Below, piece after piece: positions 1-13,600 of a stretch of 64,000 bases of DNA. Below the pieces are notes generated by a model. That model was given only the letters and a program-made list of their open reading frames with translations, was not told the origin of the DNA and made no database searches. Position numbers and translations under genes: made by a program. The stretch comes from Styela clava (Eukaryota): the NCBI RefSeq assembly GCF_964204865.1, contig NC_135252.1:12710001-12774000 (forward strand). Reading direction: 5' to 3'. Position 1 is the stretch's first letter; each line of letters starts with the position of its first letter.

Positions 1-1149
1 TAGCCTGGATGAATCCAAGTTCGCTCCAGTATCATTTTTCATTGCAAAATTACTTATACTACGAATAAAAACTATATGCCCAAAGGGCAATATGACAAAT
101 TTTAACCGCAACGAGTTGTTTTGAATCGCATCTATGAGAAGAACGCATGTTAAGTTCACTTCGGAATCCGCAAAAAAACAATATTTAAAACTACACTCGC
201 TAAACAACATACAAACGGGCCGTTTTGCAGGATTGTTGTTGTTATTGAGTGAAAATAGCTTATTTTCGCAACTAATGAACCTACAATTTTTCATAAAAGT
301 AGTCAGAAGGCCACTGCTTTCATTTTTTGAAATTCCTTTCCGAGGGCCGATATTTCGTCAAAAATGTCGCTGTTTCATTTAGGTTAATTAAAGGGGAAGA
401 CTTTTCAGTACGTATTGTTTGTTGGCTGGTCTTTATCTCTTGAGTAAAGTCAATGCTCTAAACTTGTTAATGCATAACCGTACTGGTGCATTGCGTTTAC
501 GCATATAATAAACCTCGCAAGCTCAAATAAGCAGGGTGGATTACTAGTCGACAGCGTAAAGATACTACAAATTATTTGCCTTCCCTTTAATCTCCTAAAT
601 GCTTGAATATCACATCCACAGCTCACATCAGCTAGACCTAATAGAATGTTGCTAATATTTTTGAATAAGCTGGTAGATGAACAAAGGGTATTTTCCTTAA
701 ATCAATCCTAGCATGGCCAATACACAAAAGTTCAAACACAATTTTTAATAAAAATATAATTTCAATATCTCAATATATAACACTTCCACCACAAACGAAC
801 CCGTAAAAATTCAGAAAAAAAGATTCATTATAAACAAACATTACTCTTTCTTCGCTATTAACATATTCCATTTTTAGTGAATACTTAGTTATAGATCACA
901 GTGAGCTCCTCTGGTATGCAAATTCATCAGTTACATTACGACCTATTATATGTTTTGGCTTAGTTGAAATAACTTAGAATTCGATGCAACAACAAAGTGC
1001 CAATGTATAAATTGAATGTAGACTGAACAGCATTTCCTTTAAAAAAAATAAATTTTTCATTCACAAATCCTATCTTAGATATGCTCAAAAAATCTCTAGA
1101 TTTTAAAATTAACTAATGTAGTTAAATAGGATAGGATTCTACATATTTA

Positions 1150-1392
1150 TTCCGCTGGAGAGGAAAGTCAACAATATGGCTTAATCATATGTTGAACCAC
1201 AGCCTCTCGCCCAGTTACCGGTCCATGTCTGGTATGGATTAGATAGCCAGTTATTTGTTTCCAGATGCTTGGACTTCATGGTGGATGAAGCCGTAACCGA
1301 CCACCAGTTATGTAAACCAACCTACAGCAGCGAGGAATCCAGCACTCCTCTCGCACATAATTTACACATAAGATTTAAACCTGTGACCCCGC
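1150..1392 (-). mobile_element. SINE family A, reverse copy
   Basis: Reverse complement of the family A body (ccagttaccggtccatg, gccgtaaccgacc, ctcgcacataatt). Confidence 0.6.
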
Positions 1393-1515
1393 ACAGGTAA
1401 TCAAAAGTTTGCAAAGAATTTTGAAAGGATTATTGTTAAGTCTAACCAACTCGTATAAGAAATTGCCATTCAATTTGGAAAGCCTATATTCAAGAGTACT
1501 TAAAAAAAATTGTAC

Positions 1516-1683
1516 CTTTTCCATCAATGGAATCGAAACTATAATCTGACATAATTTCATCTTGAACTTCCTCAAGAAGTGATGGCAATTCGTCAAAACT
1601 ATCTGCTAACACAATTTTTCCAGTAATTGTCAGTAGCTGGTCAGGATTAAAAGATCCAATTCCAATGGCAACTATTTTGATCC
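1516..1683 (-). CDS. vWA domain 2, exon d (may read on to TGA at 1490-1492)
   Basis: GIKIVAIGIG...DSFDEL; ends at donor gtacaa or at an in-frame stop 8 codons later. Confidence 0.8.
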
Positions 1684-4600
1684 CTTGAATTAAGAAGTTT
1701 CAAAACAGATATTATCTAAAAGCATAGCAGTTTCAGAATCAATGTAATAGTATTCAATATACGAAAAGCCATATATTCTTTCCTTTATCAGAATGAAAAT
1801 GAAATATAATCTATCTTGTCTCCATATTTACTCTAGAACTGAGAAGCAACTACAATATCTAAAAAAAATGTTCAAAACGTGCCTATTGCTTTCTTCATAT
1901 AGGATCACTGCCTAATTGGTTAGTCCAACTATAAAACGTCAGCTAGCTGACAAAGTCAAGAATACATAAAACCTAGCTCTTTCGAATCTTCTGCTAAAAA
2001 TTGCAAACAAATGGCTGTATAATAATACTTTCACTAACAAAAATCCTCAATAACCTTCCTGTCTGGCTTCTAATGCTGGCTGTTTAACATCATCATTTGA
2101 TCTTCCATCAGTTAAAATAACCAATATCTTGTCAACATTATCACGACCGAGTGCTTCAAAATGTTTGGTGCCTTGTGTAATTGCATTACCAGTAGCAGTA
2201 CAACCTTTCATTTGGCTGATTTCCATGATGGTTTCTCTCAGATATCTGAATGGATATTGGCCAAGTTCTACTTCAATCTAAATTGAAAACTTGTGAGTTT
2301 AAATAGGTGAAAGACAGAAAAAGTGATATGAAACCAACTTTTACCCGATATTTTGGATTCAGAGCACCAGATGCACACATGAAAGCTGATTCTCCACTGT
2401 ATTCAATTATACCAACCTGAAAATTGGAGAAAACATAACATTAAAAGTCAAACAATAGCATACAATGTGATTACAATTCATTCAAATGAATGTTATGATA
2501 CTGTTTTTCTGTTCCATGTAGGCTCTCTACTGAACCCTTACGATTTCTTATTGAAATAAGCTCAAGCCTTTGTACAGGTGAGCAGTTACTTGATCACAGC
2601 CATATTTGAAGCAGAAATTTTACATTTAATTTCAGAGAGAGCAAATATGACTTTATCCATTGACAAAACATGATCTTTCATTCAGTCACAAATCCGAATT
2701 AGATATTCATCCAGATACATACTTGTAAGGGGAAAAAGACATGACTGACCAGCAATGATAAGGGGCCTCTGCAGAGACCACCTGCCTGAAACCTGATGAG
2801 GAACCATGCAATCCTCTATCTCACATAAAAATGTGGAAACACTCCAATACACAGACAGAAAGTGCTAATCAGAACATGCCAGATACATTCCTAGGTGCTG
2901 GACCCACAGATACCAGAGATGACACTATCAAGACTTCTCGGACTATGAGATGGCATATGAAAAGGTTTGTAGTTTTATGTTAGGGTTCTGTATTACTTAA
3001 ATTGCAATGTACTGGTGTCAGCAGATTACTGGTATAAGTCGCTACTGCCGTAAACAAGCCCAAATGTGATATAAGTCCACATGCATTGATAATTATCAAA
3101 CAACTCCCAAATCAAAGTCATAACTCAAACCATCTTACGCCACCTCATGTCCTTGTTTCGAAAAGTCTGTAAACCCCAGGAATTATACAATATAATGCAA
3201 GACCCTGCCTAGTTGATTTGACAATATCATGAATTACCCTGGTGGCACCAATGTCAATTTCTCCTTGCATATCTTCAAACATTCTAACAACCCATTGTTT
3301 TGCGAATATAAAATCTTCATCATTTATACTTCCCGACCCATCAATTAATAGAATGATATCTCTCGCACAAAGGCCTTGTGAACAGGCTGGAAATAAAGAA
3401 TAATAGTCAAAATGATGAAAAAGAACTCACAAGCTAAAGTATATGGTCAGTTGAGACATCTAAGGCAATACACAAATGACTACTGATATTTAACAATACG
3501 TAAGGACCTTCTATTTTTAGAAATACTGCAATCTTTACGGCTCAGTATTGCGTAACAGCAAGCATGAGACGTAGCTGGCATTGCCAAAACGGCTAAGTAT
3601 AATGATTTAACCAATTTGCCATTCTTTGCACCCTCATCTCTATCATCTTGCTTTTAAAGGATCTTAGTAACTTTTGATCACAGTCACAGATCGATTTGAA
3701 GCAAGCAGTACAAAAATTGCTGTACAAAATTTTGTATAGTTCAAGTATATACACTTAAATTAAATGGTTGAAATGGCCATCGTCCAGGCACAACCAAGTC
3801 TATGTCACTACCTAAGTATGTCATCCAGATTCAGATTTCAACCATGTTTTAATAATAAGAATTGAATTTATCTGATAAAAATATAAATACTTGAGCAGAT
3901 TGGAGGTGGATTTTCCCATATGACATGACCTTGCTTTCCTGCATCAACACATACAATCATTGCACTTCCTTGAACTATATACCCTTCATTACAATCAAAG
4001 CGGCATACAGAGCCATACGAATTATTTTTCGTGCATTCCACTATCCCGTGAGCAGGAGGTAATAGCACCGGCTGACAGGATAATCCTAAAATAAAATAAA
4101 AATGGGGGATTCAAAATCGGAATTTCCCACCGAACGGCAACTGAAACAGTCACATTGATTACACCACTCGTCAGGAGAGCAGAGTTTTTCAGTGGATAAT
4201 GTTTTTTTGTTGCGCAAAATATTCAATCCATGACAGATATAAGCAGTTCAAATGCTGGCCTAAATAACCACGCCCTCTGATGAATTCAAATCGATGATTT
4301 CAACAAAATTAGCTGTGCGAATCGCACTGATTATTAAGCAAAAATTTCAAGAGGGGGAAGTGGGTGAGACCCCCAAAAAAAACCTTGCTGTGCCACTGCT
4401 TACAACTGTACAAGTATTAATATGTAACCAAATAATTTTAAAAACCAAAAAATTACAGTTTATTATTAAGTGAAAAATCATTCAGATACATATTTAAATG
4501 ATTTCAAGGCCAATCCTATACGGCTTGTTACCTGCCACACATATAGGCATTCGAGCATTCCATTGACCAACACCTTTTCCGAGTGGGTCTCCACAAAACA

Positions 4601-7600
4601 ACTGGGATGAACCAACCAAATTGAAACCATCTTTACACCAGATACGACAAAGTGAGGAAAAGCTGTTTTCTTTAGTACAGTCCATCTCCATTTCTGGTAT
4701 AGGTAGTAGAGGAGGGCAGACAACACCTAATAACAGCCAGATATCAAAAAATGACATTATTACTTTTATTAGAAAATAGTGTGTATGTCCTCAACATATG
4801 TATATTTGTATTTATAGGAAAGAAATCATTTAAGGACAGAATACACATACAAGACCCTTCAAGTCATAAAATATTACAAAAAAACGTACTATTTACAAAT
4901 ATAAATGTTCTTCCAAAAACTATACTACATATCAGTGGCCGCTTTTCAAGGCCTTGTTTGATGGAGAATATATCCAGTGGTCTGGCAGTTAAAGTGCTAG
5001 ACTCTGTAAGAATCACAGGTAACACATCTTGGGTTCAAATCCCATGGGGTGTAGTAAATTCGGGATACCGTACCAGTTAGATCTTGCCACTTTATAAAAT
5101 TATAGCTCTTTGAATATTGTTAAATATTAGTGGCTGCTTCTACATGACCTTGTTTGCAGTGAACATGGCAAATGAGCGTCGGATAAAAAAGGATGAAAAA
5201 AAAATCAGTTAACATCAACAACATTACTTATACAACTTCCTGGTGGAGAAATCCATTCAACACTTCCATCCCCATTCATATCACCACACAGAGCAGTTGC
5301 TTGTCCAACTAATTGAAAACTATCATCACAATGAATTGTACATAATTCACTGGCAGGACCATCTTGCTTCAATATACAAGTTACTGTGCCATTATCTATT
5401 GGTCCAGAACAGAGAGAATGATCTGAAATGCACATTTTGTTAAACGAAATGTTAAACGAAAAAGAAATTCTTAATATATGGACAAAATGAAGAAGTTGAA
5501 TAATAGGGCCACCGCAAAGTCAGCTAAGAAATTAGACAAAAAGGGTGAAATATTTCATACCTTTACAGTCAATTTTAATCAAGTCTGTAAGAAAAGTTGT
5601 TGTTACTTCATTTAATTGGTCTGTTGTCGACGCCGTAAATGATCTGATATAATTTTTTTCTAAGAAGTTAGTGGCTTCGTCTCCAACACCAATCCCAAGA
5701 ATAGTGATATCTGAAAATTAACTCTTTAAATTATGTAGTGTATGACAAAGATGGGAGGGAGAAAGCAAAAATTATTATATGTTGGAGCATTTTACTAGTT
5801 TGTGTGTACTTCGCTAGTCTAGTCTGACACATTCTTCCCAAAGGCAGGTATGGCCTTACCGATAGTGAAGTGAATAGTTAAGAAGGCTGAACTTTGCAAG
5901 ATCGGCTAAAAATTTCTTAGCAACACCATAATGAAGCTCTCACCAGATTCATTTGCTTTGTTTAACGCAATATACGTGCCATCTTCAGCTTCACCACCGA
6001 GTAAAAGTACTATGACAGGCATCATATATGGACGTTGCCTTTCTTCAATATACTGCATTGTATCGATCATGGCTCGACCAAGGTGAGAGCATCCTCCAAC
6101 ATGTTTAATTTTTCTTACTTTTCTTTTCAAAGCCTCCATGTTCCGATAATCCAACTCCATTTCTATCTTTTATAAAGTTGGGAGGGTTAGGCTCAATTAT
6201 ATGGTCAGATTGAATGCTTATGTATGGTGCAAAATTGAACAATTTTATGCAATGCATTACTGCCAATTTCAGAATACTTATCATGGCTGTGAAGCCGTAG
6301 AAAATTTTTAAACTCCCCCTAATTTTTATTGGGAAAAACTTCAGCTTCGACTTTTGAATTTGAATTCTGAAAAAATCAAATTTTGATAACAAAAACTTCG
6401 GTGTTGAGTTTTGACTTCTTTATCACTAAAAAAAGCAGACAGAATTTGACTTTGTGGAGCTTGAAATTAAGATTCTCAATCCAGTAAAGATATGCCAAAC
6501 ACAGCTCTGCTACTCATATACCTCTGATGGAATATTGAGCATTTTTAGGATTGAAAAACGGCAAATAGTGGAACACTTCACTGACAACAATATGATTTTC
6601 ATTTATGAGAAAGATCTATACAAAAGTTTACAAAAACAATATATTAATAATATATTGAAAATATTTATGACCTTGAAATGTGGAATTGTATACGCAGTGT
6701 TGCATTTCTTTTCTCTACTTCCATAAACAGCAATAGATATCCAAGTAGCTCCAGCATTGATACCTCCACGAATTTTGTTCAGAGCTCCAGACAACCAATC
6801 ACGAGCGTCAGAAAAGAACCATGATTCCCATTTTTGTGATCCATCCATTAATATGAAAACATCTAAAAGTCCGACGCCACATCCTGAAATATTTATATTC
6901 ACAGATTAAAAATTTGATTTTTCATCTTTGCTACTCATTCCTTTTTGATTGCACCATAGTCTACCACTTAACATTGGGTGCATGAGTGTAATTGACCACA
7001 TAAAGCCCAAGCAAATGTGGTCAAATCCACAACTAGCATAGTTTGACAGTTGGCATATTATGCTAAGCGATAACAACTAGCTTCCCATAGAACTCCTAAA
7101 TACCCTATGTGGGTTAGCACAGTTGAATCCTGTGGGAGGTAATTATGTGCGGGTGGATTATTATTGAACTCTTCGCAGTTGGTCAGTTACCGGTTTGGTA
7201 ACAATAAAGTTTAAAACAAATTACTGGTGAAGGAGTTTTGTCCCAGGGTTGAAGGTGAAGTGACCACCAACAAGACTGACATCAAGGGCATGATGAATCT
7301 TCTTTTTCGATTTATACCCAGCCTTATGTATGGCCGATGATGCTTTTCTTATTTTTTTTATAATTTTTCAATTTTTAACTGGGTCCAAACTAACTTTCCT
7401 TCAAGCTTTTTGATTACCAACCTTACACGCTCCCGTTGCACCACTTGTAATAATAACTGATTAAAAAGCACAACACAAAATGGAATAAACAATGTACCTG
7501 CACAAGAGAGAAGATCTTTATCCCAAAACCCAGCACCATCGTTAACACCTGGATCTGCACAAATAAATTTGACGTTTTCTTTGTATTTTTGTGATTTATG

Positions 7601-10600
7601 TGAACATTTTACATCACATTCAGCTCCCGGTGAATTTCCACCAAGACAATAAGCATCAGGTCCAAACATATCTTTGAGATCAGGAAGACAATTTGTAGCT
7701 GGGAGAGAATATTATAAAAATCACCATGAAAAAGGAATATTCAAAGTGAATATTTTTCAATCATGTACAAGGCAGTTCGATTCAGACCTGGAACACATTT
7801 ACCAACCCAATCAATGGCATATTGAAAAAAAATAGAAAATTTAATGGCTTGTTGTCATAGTAACTCGTAATATGCTGTTATGATACCAATGTAAATGCTG
7901 ATAAATATATCCTAATTTGATTTACAAATAATGTTAAGATGGAAAGTTTCATGTCATTGAGTCAATGTAACTCGTATTTATCCATTTCAATGTTGTTTAT
8001 GTTTTAAATCTGTTATGATGAGTAACACGGAATGAAGACAAGAGCATTTTCGAATACCGATTTCAGAATCAAATATCAAATACTTGGGAAATTGATGACG
8101 GTATGAAATTTTTTTATTCTTATTTTTATTTCTGCAGACTCATAAATTACTGAAAAATAGAATCAGACATCTTGCCTTTCATTAGAAAACATGTTTTTTA
8201 TCACTAAATCCATTGAAAGAAAAGAGTCACGTCAGTCACTCAAACAGTTCACTTAGTTTTCACACACAATCAAAAACATGTTTCATCAATAAATCACTCG
8301 GAAGAAGAGTCATATGTCTGTTTGCATATTAAAAAAATGACTTCCAACAAACAAAAAAATGGATTCACCTCATTCTTTGGCAAAACAGAATAAAAACAAG
8401 ATGGCGGTGATTCGAAATTTTTGTTTGAACCAATTCGCCTAATTTACTATTTGATTCAAAATGCCCATCTCCACTCGAAATATCAGTGTTTCGACTCTCG
8501 CATCACTAAACAAAAACAATTTAATACATGATCCTTACGGTCACAAGTAGGTGTTGAAGAGTTCCATATTCCTTCCTTAGTACAAACTAGCTCATATGGA
8601 GGAACAGGTTGAAATCCTGAATCACAATTGAATAAGCACTGAGATCCAATACTGTTTAATTTTGAACAAATTGCTTCTCCATGATCAACTTTTGTTCCAG
8701 AAATGGCACATGAAGTTCCTAAAAAAAGTGAAAGATAGCGATTTCGAGCATAATCGATGAACAGATACATGATTTTCTATTTTTATCCCAAAGAGAGGAA
8801 AGCCTATAAAACAAAATAATCACATGGCGAACCGCTTCCTCTCAAGGCGGTTATCAGCCCATCCCAGCTATGAAAATAGTTACCAGTTATTTGTTTCATA
8901 TGCATGAACTTAATGGTTGAGGAATCCGTAACTGGTCCTATGACGGCGATAAATCCAGCAATCCAATATTGAGTCAATAATTTTTCATGCTAATACTAAT
9001 TAGATTTATTTAGTTATTAGTAGTAGAAAAGTAAAAACAAATTACACATACAGAGGTACAAATCAACTTGAAATTTCAAGGTGAAGGTGGAAGTGAAAAA
9101 AATCACACTGGTTGTCAAGTAGCAACAACACAATCATAAAAGAAAAAACTTGGCATGACTGATATAAGGCCTGATTGCACCAACTAACAACTAACCTCAA
9201 AGCAAAGTAAGAGCCAATAGTTATAGAAATTATATAATGGTATATAATGGCATATGGCACTGTAAACTGGTGAACTATTCATATTTTTGACTTTGACAGC
9301 CTTGACAGGCAATATGGCTAGAGTTTTTCCATCATTCCGGATAATAGAAAATCTTATTGAAAGAAAAGAAAATGACTCAACAAAAAAAATAAATAAATAA
9401 AATGCCATTGATAAATGTACAAAATATACTTACTAATACATTCCGGTGGTCGGAAACTCCATTCTCCAATCCCATCTCTATTCCTGTCTTCACAATCAAT
9501 GATATCTCTACCAGTGTCAAGTTCTAAACCTTCTGGACACTTGAATGTACATCGAGAATCTTTTTCATTTGAGTCCGTACAAGTGTATTCGGTCTCGGGT
9601 GAAAGTTCAAACTTCTCAATCTCTCGACACAAATATTTGAAAACTGCAAATAAAATGTTAATTTTTATAAAAAATATATAAAGGGAGTTACTACTTTATA
9701 AATTAATGATGTTGCGTTATGTGACAGCAAATTTTTCCGGCATGAGACTTGAAGTGGTTGCATTCTATATGATCAGTTGACAACTTTTTTTCTTGGTCTT
9801 CTGCTAAGCGGTGTGGCGCATCATGCTAAGCGTTAGGAATACTATCGCCACCACACCTCTGATTACCCTGCATGGGTTTATAGATTTGAATCCTGTGTGG
9901 GATAATTATGTCCAAGATTTGCTGGACTCCTCGATGCAATAAGGTGATTTGGTTCACGTAATCTCTGGTCGGTTACGGCTCCATCCACCATCAGGTTCAC
10001 GCATTTGAAACAAATAAATGGCTAAACTAACTGCATACCCAACATGGACTGGTAACTGATGGAGAGGCCATGGTTCGCCATATGAATAAGGAGTCTTATC
10101 GGATTTCCCCTCCCCCTGGATGAACATGTATTATTATCCTCTCCTGTCTAGACCATTGTTTCCCAATTGCGAAGGAATAAGGGAAATTTGTTGTTTCGGG
10201 GGAAAATACAGAAATATTACTTTGTATCAGGTGTGGCTTTGCTGATATTGTTCAGATATTTAATATTATTGTAACACATATTTACGCACAGATTACTGCC
10301 TATTCGAACCGTGCAAAAGAGTGCAAGTTGAACTAGCTAAAGATTCTTTGAAGATTGAACAAATAAAGGAAATATTCATAATGAGGCGGGGATGAAGAGA
10401 TCCAAAATAGGCAAATCGATAGAAATCTATTGAAAAAGGTTGGGAACACTCGAATAAACAGTGACAGTTCATGAACAAGAGCCCAAAAAGAAGCAATAAA
10501 ATAAATGCAATAAACAACCTTCACATTCTGGAACCTTTCCAACCCATTCCCCACCATCCTCTGTTTCAGTCAGGCCACAAGTAACCAGATTGACATGGGA

Positions 10601-13600
10601 TAAAACAAGTCCCGAATCACATTCAAATTGACAATCTGATCCTACCCTATTCAAATCTGAGCAACTGAGGGCGCCATTTTCTGGAGGTTTCAGAGGAGGA
10701 CTACACGTATATACACCTGAAATATTAAAAACAAAATGTTGGATTTATTATAAATATGGAGGGTTGAAATTTTCCATTAATATGATCCGTGTCGTATCTG
10801 GAGTTGAATTCAAAATTCTGAAGTCTCTGTCAAAATTTCAGATTTTTATTTTTAAGTGAAGAAGTCAGAAACAAATTCAAAACAAATCATGTTTATAAAG
10901 TGATCTCAACACTTAATAGTCGGCTTGTTTTGTTATTTTCTCAGAGTTCGGGTCAGATTTTTATAACCCGGCGTAAATTTTCCTCACCACAGGGGAAATG
11001 TACTAGAATTTTCGAAGCAATAACTGAAAACAAGCAGATTGTGAAGGGGTAAGTATTGTCAAGTCTTACAGTGAATGTGACTTAAGTTTGTCCATTTCAT
11101 GTGGGTATTAAATTTAAGATGAATTAAACCTGACACAGAACTCAACCTGATTTAACACTCCAGAGTGCAGTGACTCAAAGTTTGGACTAGTTTTTATTCG
11201 AGACTTGGATGACCTGTGAATTGACTTATAATTCAGAAACTTGCATCTAACACTTTTGTTATCTAAATTTGATAAAATATACATACAACTAGGTACTTTT
11301 GTGCTCCATTCCCCATCACCATCTCCATTTTTATCGACACAGGTTATTTTACCGATATCTTCATCTAATCGCATATTATCCGGACATTCGAATGAACATA
11401 CAGAATTTCCTAGATTTGCATTCGTACATGTAAATGTCGTTTGTTCTGACAATTCAAACACTTCAATTGCGATGCACACGATTGCTGGGAGAAAAAAAGA
11501 TTTTATTTATTCATATTAGAAAGAGAACATTAGGTCTTTAAGACTTTCAATTACAATGCTATCGTAGGAAGGAATAAGAATGATAATACAAATTAATCAT
11601 ATGGCGAAAAACAAACATCTCGCCCCTTTATGAGTCAGGTTCGGGTATGGGAATAGGTAATTGTAATCTAGCCATTCTTTTTACAAAATCACCTACACAG
11701 GGTTTAAACTAAGAAAGGAAAGTGAATGAAAAAAATTTTTATTGCACCAACAACAAACTGCACCAAGCATAAACTGAACTTACGAATCACACTAGGAAAT
11801 CAGAAAGGTGATAATAATCAGAATCGCTGGACTTCTCATAGTTACATGGTGTTTCACGTACCACTGTTCGGTAACAAGTATTATCATTATTCAAATCAAT
11901 AAATTGGTTTGCTCTTCCAGAAACCGACCTGGGCTGGTAACCAAACAAGAAGCTGTACCGTTCACCATATGATTAGCCTATCTTTTCCTATTCCGCAGGA
12001 TAAAAATGGAAATCCTGTACTATCCAAATCGCAATAAATAATGATAGCTTACGTATACAATTTGGTATTTCACCACTCCATTCCCCATTTCCATCTCCAT
12101 CATTATCTTCACAGACTATTACATTTTCAACGGGATCTGATTTCCATCCGATCGGACAATTGAAAGTACATTCAGAATTTCCGTGATTAAGTTTAGTGCA
12201 ACTATATGAAGTTTCAGTTGATAATTTGTCATCATCTATTTCCTCACATAGAATAGCTGTGCATATATCAAGCAAAAATAAACACTTGACCTTCGGCAAA
12301 AGTATAATTTTCATTGTTATCATTATGAGTGTGTTTATTAAAAATACCCTGTTTTTGATAAGAGTACAGTATTGATGGTTGTTATTATGTCTATGAAGTC
12401 GGGTAAAATTTATAATTGACTCAGATTAACGAATCCAGGTTGAAATAAATTTTAACGTCCAATTTAAAGATTGTATTCTTCGCCGGAAGACGATTATTTT
12501 GATTTTGAAATTTTCTGTAGTCTATATGAGATTTGTTTTTGTGTGCAATGACGTCATTCAAAATTGTGCACCTTTTGATTGTGACAGTAGTTTATTGTGA
12601 CAGATTGTATAAATGTACTACTTCGTTTTGGCGTTGTATGCTACTACGACCAAATACATTCTAAAAAAGTTGTTTCCGAATATATAATATATTCAAAATT
12701 GGGTGATGACTTCTATATTGGATTAAAAAAATTAAATTCTTATCGATTTAAGCATTTAGAGTTTTTGAACTTTGATTAACTCACACAAACATAAAGCAAT
12801 TAGAAAAATCTTTACGTGTGCAATCGGGAACTTCTTTATCCCAATCTCCAAAATCATCTCCATCTAGATCTTGGCATGTTACTTGATTGTGTTCTGTGGT
12901 TAGCTTCATACCAGATGGACATGTGAAGTTACATACAGAATCCAATTGATTTGATTTAGTGCACTCATAAATTGTGTCTGGATCGAGAGATTTTTCATCA
13001 AATTTACACGAGACAGCTAAAAATAAAGCAAATGTTTTTTATAAATAGGAAAACACCCACAAATACAAAATCCATTACCATAACTAAAATATAAAGAAAC
13101 TGTAAATTTATTATATTGAAAAATATGTTGTGTTAATCTAGTCGATTTATAGTTTTTTTGGACAATGCTTTCTCATGTCTTTCACTCCGAATAAGGCCCT
13201 GCATGAGCAGCTACTGATGCCTGAGTGGGTACTATTTTGGGAAGGTCTGTAATCTTTCTGGTACGGTAATGCCTACCTAATTTATTACACAATGGTTGAG
13301 GTGGGATTTGAACCCAGCATGTGTAATCTGCATTCAAGTCTTACGCTTTAATTGTTGGAAAAACTAAATTTATTAGATTTGGAATATGAATATTATATCA
13401 TTGCAAAAATGACAAGATTATTCCGAAAATATATAATATGAATTTAATTATGTTAAAAGATCAGAAATATGATTTTAGAATATCAATAAATTTGCTTCAA
13501 TTTAGTTGAAAGAATTCATCCAAAGCAAGGTCAGGTGCCTTCAGAAGTAAATGACACTCAAGTATGTGCAAAGTTAAGTTTGACCTATATATACCGTAGG

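Noticed and set aside
134-382. 82-aa plus-strand ORF
   Set aside because: No recognisable motif or splice context; likely a chance ORF
2780-2850. CTGATGA hammerhead-like core
   Set aside because: No stem II closing onto GAAA and no flanking helices found
1516-5422. Calling the gene complement factor B, SVEP1 or a selectin
   Set aside because: No serine protease, EGF, pentraxin, HYR or lectin exons in the window, and the domain order differs, so no gene symbol is assigned
9808-9900. Possible tRNA gene (also about 30430 and 4975)
   Set aside because: Boxes are degenerate, no convincing cloverleaf, and each is attached to a dispersed repeat body, so these are SINE heads
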